Positions 18,002 to 27,158 of a stretch of 27,168 bases of DNA are shown here, one piece after another; the first letter of the stretch is position 1, and every line of letters starts with the position of its first letter. The notes under the pieces are model-generated. The model was not told where the DNA came from. It did no database searches and was given only the letters and a program-made list of their open reading frames with translations. This stretch comes from Paramicrosporidium saccamoebae KSL3 (taxonomy: Eukaryota; Fungi; Cryptomycota), in the NCBI GenBank assembly GCA_002794465.1, contig MTSL01000151.1, positions 1 through 27,168 of the forward strand, written 5' to 3'. A program made the position numbers and the translations under genes.

Positions 18002-20395
18002 TCACTTCTCATCAAAGCCCTCGCTGCATTCAATGGCCATTGTTAGACGACTGAGAAGATCTTCATAGGAGCTGTAGGAGGGGAGATCGATGCGGTTGAA
18101 ACAGGTATGGCTACGAGGAAACATTTCTGTATCATCCAGCCTCTCGATTGTAAATTTACGCGGTCCGTCGCTCCCTTGGAGGTCCTTGAAACCGTTTAGT
18201 GGGATCCGTGATGTTCCTGTGGCAAATTGGAGCAATTGGGCCCGTTTCACATTATCAAACTCTTCCTCAACAATCTTCCAAAACCAGACAATGGCCTGGT
18301 CAGAGGTTGTGTAGCGGCGATAAAGAGTATTGGTCTTCCAATCCTTGACATCTATTTCGCTTATACCGCAAAAGAGAAACTCGAGCTCGTGATCATTGAA
18401 AACGCACAGAATCTCTCGAGGAATAATTTCAAAAAGCCCCTTTTTGATGGCCCCAATTTGCTCCTGGACCCGCGAGACTGCTCTCCACTGCACAATCAGC
18501 TCAATATAGTGGTGCTTGTTCTCGTTTGTGACATCAATATTTCTTCCGTTAGCAATCAAGTCGTTGACCTCTATTATTCCAAACATTTCGTCATCAGCGC
18601 TGAACGTTGTGCCCAAGTCGGTACAGTCATTCTCCTGCATCCAAACTAGGCCCTTGTAGACATCGGCGTCAATACTTTCCATATCCTCCAGAGTGACGGG
18701 AATATCCAGCAACATTTTGTAAAAGGCCGTGACAAAGTAAGCATCCAGATATTTCCGCTGGTAAATGGCCGTCCCAATGACTCTTCCAATGAAATAGAAA
18801 TAATGCAAATGTTCCGGGTTGATCGCCGAGTGGGGGTTGATTTGGAGTGTGTAGTTTGTGTGGGACGAGTATTGGAACAGCCCGTAGATGGGATTGAAAA
18901 TTTCGTGGGACAGCAAGAAGAAGAATTCACTAGTAATCAAGACTAACGGAATAGGAACTTACCGAGAGACACCGCCGTAATCGAGTCCAGGCTCATTGGC
19001 AAACTCGATGGAAAGCTTCTTTGCCATATCACCAGGTCGATGAGACATGAATTGTGCAAAGGCATCGTGGAACATGTTGTTTCTGGCAACCACAAGTTTA
19101 GTCTCACCCTCCATGATGCGCAATTGCGGGTGCAATCGAAACTCACGCAGCTTCTTTTGGAAATCAACCTTATATTTGGGCGCATCTTCGCCTGCACTGC
19201 TAGGCACACGCGGATCGTCCCAAGTGGACGTCTTTGCCCCGTGGTCCAGATAATACGGCCTGCCATCGGGACTGATCCGCATTTCCCAGCCAGCAGGAAG
19301 CGAACCGAGGGAGGGGACTGTTCCCTGATAAATTCGCTCCACATCAGACGGCTGTACCACTTGGTATCGCTGAATCTGATTCGGATGTGTCCATGTGGTT
19401 CGCTGAGTATTATGATCAATGTAGTAGAATTGGCCATTTGGAGCCATCCTCCTTTCCCATCCTGCCGGCAGATCCAAAGGCTGGGCTGGAGATGCCTCTG
19501 CTCGCTGTTCAAACATTCTCCGCTGCGTGTCGATGGCATCGGATTGTCTCCTCTCCATGTCAACGGCCGATACGGGATTCTGCGGCCTCTGCCACGAGGT
19601 TGTCCTTGTGTTGTGATCCACATAGAATGGTCGTCCAGTGCTGTCAAATTGTCGTGTCCATCCGAGAGGAAGGGGTCCGGCTTCATCAAATGCAACCTGT
19701 TGCTGACTCTGATCAAGCTTGTTCTGAACCATGCTACTAAGGTCATTCTGCTGCGGTTGTTGTGCTGGGTAGTTGGACGTGTTAGTAGGCTGACTGGGAC
19801 CGGCTTGCATTCCCATCATCAATGGTCTTGCTCCTCCAATGGCATATGGTGCGCCAACAACTGGTGCTGGCGGTCCCGTCAGGACTCTTCGACCCGCCAT
19901 GTCTGTGGTCAGTGAAACCATCAGCGTTCCCTTCACCGTCTCCCTTGAACTACTCGGCCTCAAGTCAAATTTCAACGTGTTGGTGCCAATCGTGTGAATA
20001 TTAATGACGGAACTGACAAGGATGTTTACAACTCCCAGGAAACCCTGCGACGGCTCCTTGAACTGCTTCTGGTCGAATACTTGGATTACAATGACACTAC
20101 TTTCATGCACACACCTACGATCGTAATCACCCTATGTCAGGGTACAGGTTAAATGGAATTCCCCAGTATGGGTCCAAGGTGCTCTTTACCACCGGCGAAG
20201 TGTGCGTCTGCTCTCCGTCAACAGTCACCACAACAAATGGGTCCGGACTCTCTACAAAATTTGTCAAACGGTGGCGACAAAGATACTGAACACTCTCTTC
20301 TTCAGCAAGTTCTCAGCCTTTACAACTGCAAGTTAAGCCATGCCCCATCAGTTACCAGTTAATCGAAGATTGTACCCTCTCTCCCCACTACGCAT
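18002..20395 (-). CDS. RSP5: Rsp5/Pub1/NEDD4-family HECT E3 ligase (C2 - 3 WW - HECT), about 754 aa
   Basis: Exons 20395-20356, 20325-20287, 20251-20146, 20114-18963, 18929-18002; introns of 30, 35, 31 and 33 nt. C2 ([35 protein letters not shown]...QVFDQKQFK...GFLGVVN), three WW domains, and HECT ([20 protein letters not shown]...[14 protein letters not shown]). Confidence 0.97.
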
Positions 20396-20518
20396 AAGTG
20401 CCCATATACCTGACGATACGAAGACTGCGGCACCGAAGCAGACATGGAAGTAAACACTGTACTGACACGCTAGTCAACCCGCTGAAATTACGCAAATAAA
20501 ATAAGGTATTTAATCTTT

Positions 20519-21084
20519 TCATGCATCCTGGCGGACTTGCTGAAGAGACTTTGTAGTTGACTCACGAAGCCGAGCGTCAATGGCGGCGGCAGATTCAAAG
20601 AAAGAGTCCACCAGGGAGTGGAACTGGTCGTCGTACGTCTCAATGGATTTGATGATCCCGCGCATCTCATTCTTCAGTTCTCGGTAGCGCGTCTTGAATG
20701 TCTGCACTTGCTCTCGTCGTTTATCATGCATTTTTTGAAGGTCGGTTCTTAATGTATCAAACTCCCTTTGCCTAAATAATAAGGAAATCTAAAGAGGACT
20801 ACATTTGGGATTCGTAGTTGGTGATGTGCTGCTGGATGCTGCCGATGGCGCCATTGACAGTCTTTTGCATCAGCTCTTCCGTATGCTTCTGCTGCTCCTT
20901 GGTCTTTTTCTTGAATCGGTCTAGCGGGATTAGGGGACAGACTATGTTTACCATGGATGGCACCAATAATCTTTTCCAGTTCTTCCCCCGACGTTGCAGG
21001 ATCTGTTCCACTGGAGGAGACAGTTGTGGGCCCTTTTTTCCCCTTTCCAGCCGGCAATGGATCGCTCTTGCGCTTCCTACTCAT
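20519..21084 (-). CDS. Coiled-coil protein with basic N-terminus, possible SYCP3/Cor1-like meiotic axis protein, 167 aa
   Basis: Exons 21084-20952, 20920-20803, 20771-20519; two 31-nt GTA...TAG introns join three short ORF fragments into one frame: MSRKRKSDPLPAGKGKKG...SGEELEKIIGAIHDRFKKKTKEQQKHTEELMQKTVNGAIGSIQQHITNYESQMQREFDTLRTDLQKMHDKRREQVQTFKTRYRELKNEMRGIIKSIETYDDQFHSLVDSFFESAAAIDARLRESTTKSLQQVRQDA. The gene model is solid; the family call is tentative. Confidence 0.7.
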
Positions 21085-21183
21085 GCGCCCCCGGGCATGA
21101 CCCGACTTGGAAAGTAAGCTTGCTTCCGTCAATACCATTGGTCCACTGCCGCATAAACCCCTGAATAGTAACTGGCCGGTTGG

Positions 21184-22800
21184 ATGACGCGGTGGCCAGA
21201 ATGGACTAGTCCCAGCGACGAGTATCGACACGCACTGCGCGATTTGACTTTTAACTCGAAGCCAATTATAAACAATCTGACCATGTTCGCCCAGGAGCTC
21301 TCCTCAGCGGCGCCGGCTGTGGCCCGAGTCATTACTGACCACCTCGTTTCGGTAAGTTTTCCCACCAAAGCATGAGTTTGTAGTGTCATGCGGAATTAAA
21401 GTTGCCAACATTGTACCTCATAGATTCAATTTGCAAAAACATTGGCGAGCCTTATATTGGTGTGTTCTCAGCCTTATTACCTACAGCCGTGCCCACAACG
21501 TTCCGACAGCTCCGAGACGAACGTACCAGGACCGACTTTGGGCGAACTATGGAGACGTGGTGGGGCACATTCCCCGAGGAAATTGTGCGAGAAATGCAGG
21601 GACGCACTTTTGGCGACCAATCCTCATTGGAGAGACGGAGAAACCCCGAGGTAATCTCGGATGAACCGTCTGTCTCATCGGGGAGACGGAGACATCCCGA
21701 TACGGTTTTGGACGGGCCGCCCGTCTCGTTAGGGAGACGGAGACACCCCGAGATGGCTTTGGACGGACCGCCCGTCTCACTGGGGCGACGGAGACATCCC
21801 GAGATGGCTTTGGATGAGCCACCCGTCCACCGTAACCCACGACCAACCCCTTCATATTTGCCACCCGGTGTCATTAGGTTACTAGAGGACCTTCGTACGG
21901 CGATGGCTGTACCACCGGAACGGTATAATGAAAAACGTGTTGCAGAGATTATGTATCATGTATTGTGACTCGTTTAGATGGTGATAATCTCTGTAGTTGG
22001 AATATTCTGTCCCTGACAAGGGCTTATTTAGGGCTGTCGATGAACGGGCCCGAATACCTGATAAAAGACCGCTTTTGCAATTGATAGATTCACTTATTGG
22101 GCCATTGCAACCACATCGCTCCTATCCGCCAGTCAAGTCGCCAACCCTGCCGCATCCACCACATGTTGCCCAACTCCCAGATGTATCGCCGCTGTTGGCA
22201 TCGCTGTCATCACTTCCGCTTGATTTTGCTCTGCCCAAGTCAACCTTGGTTCGACCTGTGTATGAAGACATTGTCAAGTATTGCTCCCGTGTGCTATGTG
22301 TGCTATAATTTGTAGATCCAAGCCCGGTGCTCACGAGGCCATTTATGGAGCTTTGTCGCGTCAATGTACAAATTGCGGTCTTCGCTTTCCTGATACTGAT
22401 GTTGGCCGCGCCAACCTGCAGTCTCACCTTGATGCCCACTTTCGCCGCAATATTCGTCTCAAGGATAAGGCCAAAAAGGTCCTTGCCCGTCTTTGGCTTC
22501 CCACCGAGCAAGATTGGATCCAGAACGTAGAAGCCGCGGCCGATCAACCGGCAATGCTATTTGCAACAGGAGGAAAGACAGAGCCAGTTGTGGAGGTCGG
22601 GCCGGCGGCAAGAGTTGCAGCCGGTGCGGACCATTCAGATCGAGTGTGCAGTATTTGTCAGGAAAAGATTACCATTGTCTGGGATGACGAGGCCGACGAA
22701 TGGATGTATAATGATGCCATTAAAGATGCTGACGGAGAGGTAAGGGTTGAGTCAAGGTTCTTATTTTTAGTTTCTCCACGCTTCGTGTGCGGGCAAGTAA
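21184..22800 (+). CDS. PCF11: Pcf11 cleavage/polyadenylation and termination factor (CID plus zinc fingers), about 492 aa
   Basis: Exons 21184-21351, 21384-21959, 21997-22277, 22316-22739, 22771-22800; introns of 32, 37, 38 and 31 nt. CID: EYRHALRDLTFNSKPIINNLT...KLPTLYLIDSICKNIGEPY. Zinc-binding region: QCTNCGLRF...HLDAHFRRN...RLWL...W and CSICQE...WDDEADEWMYNDA...FLHASC. Confidence 0.95.
21624..21827 (+). repeat. Four in-frame 51-bp (17-aa) repeats inside PCF11
   Basis: Units at 21624, 21675, 21726 and 21777 encode SLERRRNPEVISDEPSV / SSGRRRHPDTVLDGPPV / SLGRRRHPEMALDGPPV / SLGRRRHPEMALDEPPV. Confidence 0.95.
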
Positions 22801-22894
22801 GTAATTATGAGAGAGCTAGCATAATGGATCAAACCCCTCAATAAGGAAGGGTCTTTACTAGACCTCACTTTATTTAATAAATCATACATTTTTG

Positions 22895-23085
22895 TAGTAA
22901 AGCTCTTAGTAAACAGGATCCACTTGCGATTGTGGGATTGCTATCTGGGTCGGCCTGACTGATAACAAACGGATACTGTTTAACAGGAGCCACATGCTTA
23001 AGAGGGCTAATTCGCTCATCAAAGGACCCTTTACTAGAATCCCTGTTCTGCGCGCATACCATCCCACAGAAACGTACCTTTATAG
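22895..23085 (-). repeat. Dispersed repeat family 2, copy 1 (inverted relative to 24845-25105)
   Basis: The reverse complement of 23013-23069 aligns with 24857-24910, and the reverse complement of 22934-22989 aligns with 25001-25059 (ccgacccagatagcaatccc vs ccggcccagatagcgatccc). Boundaries are approximate. Confidence 0.7.
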
Positions 23086-23313
23086 GCTTTCGGATCAGAT
23101 GGCAAAAGATTTCCAAAAGGTAAGATCTTTTCTTCCAATTGGTCAGCTTCAGTCTCCTCTAAATGGCCAGGCAGCGGCAAAGTTCCTTGCCAATCATTCC
23201 ATTACTTTACGTAACCACGGTAGATATAATATACAAATTGCATTTTTGTTGTGCATGTCGGCCGGTGAAAGTGATGCTTGGTCGATTATTCTGTATCGGG
23301 AGTAAAGTTCTTA

Positions 23314-24774
23314 ATGTCTAGGCGACAGAATGAGGACCAGAAAGTGGTGCTGTATAACGAAAGCCAAAAGCGAGTGATAGTCCAATCCGACGATGATCGC
23401 AAAGTATCCTCTCCCCGCACTATCCACAACATCTGTACCCTCTGTAAACAGCCTCTGGACACTGCCACTCCTTTCATTGACCGTGACTACTTTCGCCTCC
23501 TCCACACCACCCATCGTTCCTCTGCTGACTTTTCCTCAATCCGAAATATCCCGCATGGCGCCTTCAACCAAGGTTACTACAGTCGTTTCTTCCGAGAGGG
23601 GCGCCGACTGGGTCGGGGCGCGAGGGGGGCAGTTTTTCTAGTCCAGCATTACATGGAGGATGAAATGTTGGGGGAGTATGCATTGAAAAAGGTGCCGGTG
23701 GGGGATGATTCCGGATGGCTGGGGAATATGCTCAAGGAGGTACATATTATGGAGTCGTTGAGACATGAGAACATTGTTTCCTACAAACATACCTGGTTGG
23801 AGATCCACAAGGTAACCCCATTTGGTCCGCCGGTGCCGTGTTTATTGATTTTGATGGAATACGCCAATGCGGGAAATTTGGAGGACTATGTGACGGCAGA
23901 GGTTATTGACGTGGATTATCCAAAAAGCAGACAGCAGACTCAAATGCTTCCCATCGATGACGTACTGTCCCTTTTTTCAGGGATCTGCAAGGGCCTGGAG
24001 CACTTGCACAGGTTTGGTATTGTCCACCGAGACTTGAAGCCGTCAAACATCCTCTTGAATTATCCTGCTGATCAGGTCATCCGGCCAAATGTTCTCATTT
24101 CTGATTTTGGCGAATGCAACATGGTGGAAGAGAGTCGACAAAATAGGACTGGTGCCACAGGGACGATAGAGTTTTGCGCTCCAGAGCTGTTCATAATGAG
24201 CGGGGGAAATTACTCGGTTAAGCACACTACAATGACTGACGTTTGGTCGCTTGGTATGATTTTGTACTATTTGCTATTTGGCGGCAGTCTCCCGTTTGAC
24301 AGCATTGATGATGTTGATAGACTCCGCAGAGATTTACTGGCCATGAAGACGGTTAGCATACCTCGGACGAGAACTGATATTCCTTCCAGGCTGAGCCGGC
24401 TACTTAGATTGCTGCTTGATTTGGAACCCGAAGAACGCCCGTCCGCAGCCGAGGCTGCCTCGATGGTAGAGAATATAATGCTGGAAATGAAAGGCTCCAA
24501 GGCAGCCACTCCAAAATTGATTTCTCCTCTGCAGCTGCAAGGTACGGTTGCTCCGACTCTGTTAAGACGGAATCGCAGATTCTTGCCTTGGGTGATTAAT
24601 GGATCATTATGGATTTTGCTGTATGCTACGTGCTACCCACAATCTATTTCTTGGAAAGTAATGGTCAGTCTTCTTTTCGCAACTTTGAGACTCAATATTT
24701 GGCTAATTTTGTGCCTTCAATGCTTGTCGTTCGGGGCTGTAGTCCTCTTTTCCGGAAGCGCCTGTGCCTGCTAG
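23314..24774 (+). CDS. IKS1: Iks1-family Ser/Thr protein kinase with hydrophobic C-terminus, 486 aa
   Basis: VVLYNES...CTLCKQPL...FIDRDYFRLL, FNQGYYSRFFREGRRLGRGARGAVFLVQH...LGEYALKKVPVGDD..WL...LKEV, HRDLKPSNILL, ISDFGE, GATGTIEFCAPE. ATG at 23314 (the ORF track starts at a TTG). Confidence 0.93.
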   Translation: MSRRQNEDQKVVLYNESQKRVIVQSDDDRKVSSPRTIHNICTLCKQPLDTATPFIDRDYFRLLHTTHRSSADFSSIRNIPHGAFNQGYYSRFFREGRRLGRGARGAVFLVQHYMEDEMLGEYALKKVPVGDDSGWLGNMLKEVHIMESLRHENIVSYKHTWLEIHKVTPFGPPVPCLLILMEYANAGNLEDYVTAEVIDVDYPKSRQQTQMLPIDDVLSLFSGICKGLEHLHRFGIVHRDLKPSNILLNYPADQVIRPNVLISDFGECNMVEESRQNRTGATGTIEFCAPELFIMSGGNYSVKHTTMTDVWSLGMILYYLLFGGSLPFDSIDDVDRLRRDLLAMKTVSIPRTRTDIPSRLSRLLRLLLDLEPEERPSAAEAASMVENIMLEMKGSKAATPKLISPLQLQGTVAPTLLRRNRRFLPWVINGSLWILLYATCYPQSISWKVMVSLLFATLRLNIWLILCLQCLSFGAVVLFSGSACAC

Positions 24775-24844
24775 ATGCGGGGGAGGGACTTTTATTCATC
24801 TTATCATGCCGTTATTGGGAGGAACAGTCGACAAATCTCTCTGT

Positions 24845-25105
24845 AAATGGTCAACCCTGTGAAATGTTATACCTACGGATCAGGGATCCCAATCAAGAGT
24901 CTGATAAGCGTTATCCGCTTATAATGAACAATTATGATAGCTCCCATAACCCGGTGTGGTGGGGATGGCAGACTATAAAAACGTCCTTAATAAAGACACT
25001 CTCTTGCTAATCAACAGGATCCGCGTATCATTGGTGAACCCGGCCCAGATAGCGATCCCGCAGGTCATTTCAATCATATTAAGGGCGGCTGCTTATAAAA
25101 AGAGT
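24845..25105 (+). repeat. Dispersed repeat family 2, copy 2
   Basis: See copy 1. Carries about 65-70 extra nt within 24911-25000 relative to copy 1. Boundaries are approximate. Confidence 0.7.
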
Positions 25106-25330
25106 CGCATACTTGAATAAGCAATTCGCTCAGTAACAGGGTCACTACGTGAACCTCACAAACCATACTCTTTCTGAATGATCGGTCTACTCTCCTTTGA
25201 GCGATTGGCCCACTTTTTGACCAATGAATTCGCCGCTCCTTGGATCATTGGTCCACTCTCCTCTGGGTAATTGGACACTTAAAGATCTGCTTTTCCTGAT
25301 TGGTTTCGACGCAGTTGCATATAGCCCACA

Positions 25331-26814
25331 ATGATGAGCAATTCCTTTCTAGAATTTATCATCTTTCCTCTCACTGTATGGGCGTCAGTTACAGAGATAG
25401 ATTTCAAGTCGCAAGCGAGAATGTACCTGGAATCGGGGCTATATTCTAAGGCTGCTGAGAGTCTTGTTTCTGGAATCCAACAATACACTGAAGAATTCAA
25501 TTCTCAAGCCTCCAAAAGACCCAAATGCGCGCAAGAGATTAGAGATGTTGTTAATCAACATGAAGGGTTGGTTAGGTCGTCGTTTGGAGAACCGATACGG
25601 GAAAGTTTACGACAGTTGAACAAAGGTCCTATGTATATCGATGCTTACTTTTTGGGATGGAGATGGTGTTCACCTGCATATGATGTTTGTGAAAGAGCTT
25701 ATACTACAATCGCAGCACCATTAAGCGATCCTAGTACTGTTCAGGAAGGACTTGCTGGCCTTGCCGATGCTTTGGAGAAGAGTCCGTGCGTATTATTTTC
25801 CGAGCCAGAAGAGCGTCTTGCGGCGTTTTTTTTATCACAAAGCAGTGTCCTGATGTTTAAACCAACTTTTAAAGTCATCCAAGAACATGTATACAAGAAC
25901 GTCAAAAGTTTTGTTGATAAGACACCCAGCGCAATCGTACCTGTCATATTCTTTTTACTAACATTTAGACTGAGGCCTTGTATCTAGATTTTCAAAGAGG
26001 ATTCAAGCACAAGCCCCAGGATGCCCTCGGCTATAAAGAAAGCTGGATCCCTTTAACAGTGATGGAGCCAAGAATGAACTCTAGCATACCAACCAGTGTC
26101 GTCTATACCCTAAAGGTGCTCTCGAAGGGCGTATTCCAGCCGCTTGCCATCTTTTCAGATTCTGACTATTCCATCTATCTTGCATTGACTTTTATCTCAT
26201 CGGGATTTGATTGCCTCAATTGGGCCGATTATGTCCGTTTGGGAGGAAAGATTAAAGAAGCAAAGCCAAGTGATCCTATGCGGGCGATCGTTGCAGAATT
26301 TACATCCTGTGCTGCAGGAGAGGTAACTCACAACAGTTACCTGTTGCAGTTGGCAACTCAAGCTTTCCGCGATATAATGGATTTTCAATATGGCATGTCT
26401 CGGGATAAAATTACCGCGTTGGAGGCAAGGACTTATGAGTTGATATCAAAAGGAACACTGCCCAGCTACAAATTATTTATTCAACTAGCACAAAACTTGT
26501 GGCACCTCAGATACTGCCTTACTATTGAACTGCTCAAGTCATTGAACGTTGAGAATGCAAGTTTTTCTCTTGTCAATACGCACTTTTCCAATCTAAGATA
26601 TCTAAAATTTTGGCCGACCATGTTTTGGTCGAACGTCATTAATCCAAGTAATGACCAAAAAGCAGGCTATCAGTTCCTGATTGGGATTGGTGAACTGGCT
26701 GGTCAATTGAATCACGAGTCTTTTACTGTGCCTGCTCCGAACTTTCAAGATTTGCCAAAATCCCATCAAGACAGCAAAATTTCCGACTTGAACTTGTTGG
26801 CACTTGATTTATAG
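25331..26814 (+). CDS. Orphan protein with predicted N-terminal signal peptide, about 483 aa
   Basis: Exons 25331-25936 and 25969-26814. A 32-nt intron GTACCT...ACTAAC...TTTAG joins the 218-aa and 278-aa ORFs in frame (SAI|TEALYLDF). N-terminus MMSNSFLEFIIFPLTVWAS looks like a signal peptide. No family recognised. Confidence 0.75.
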
Positions 26815-26888
26815 TGTGCTCCAGAAGAGAGGGGGAATTGTATTAAAATACATCAATTCCATGGAGGAATAGTATTGAAGTGCATGCA

Positions 26889-27008
26889 TTCCATATCCAT
26901 GGAGGAGTGGTGTCAAACTATTTCAATTCCATATCCATGGAGGAATGGTGTCAAATTATTTCAATTCCATATCCATGGAGGGATGGTGTCAAACTATTTC
27001 AATTCCAT
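26889..27008. repeat. 38-bp tandem repeat, three copies plus a partial
   Basis: Unit TTCCATATCCATGGAGGA(G/A)TGGTGTCAAA(C/T)TATTTCAA at 26889, 26927 and 26965 (third copy reads GGAGGGAT); a degenerate fragment lies at about 26853-26888. Confidence 0.93.
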
Positions 27009-27158
27009 GTCATTACTACTACGATATAAAGTGTATTCATTTTATGTAATCGTCTTTGGAACTCGTAGATACTTCATGACCTTGTGAAAAATGCATTCAT
27101 TCTGTGTAATTTGCCTCAAAATATCTTGAGCACGCAGCGTTCATCTTGAATATTTACA

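Noticed and set aside
19040-19915. 291-aa antisense ORF
   Set aside because: It lies entirely opposite the well-conserved RSP5 WW region and is a shadow ORF.
22874-23305. Short ORFs 22874-23116 (-) and 22994-23305 (+), with 24609-25010 (+), as a small protein family
   Set aside because: Substitutions between the repeat copies fall at all codon positions and alternative frames contain stops, which fits non-coding repeat divergence better. The 24609 ORF also overlaps the IKS1 3' end.
26889-27008. CRISPR or telomere interpretation of the 38-bp repeats
   Set aside because: The units are contiguous with no unique spacers, and no short G-rich telomeric unit is present.
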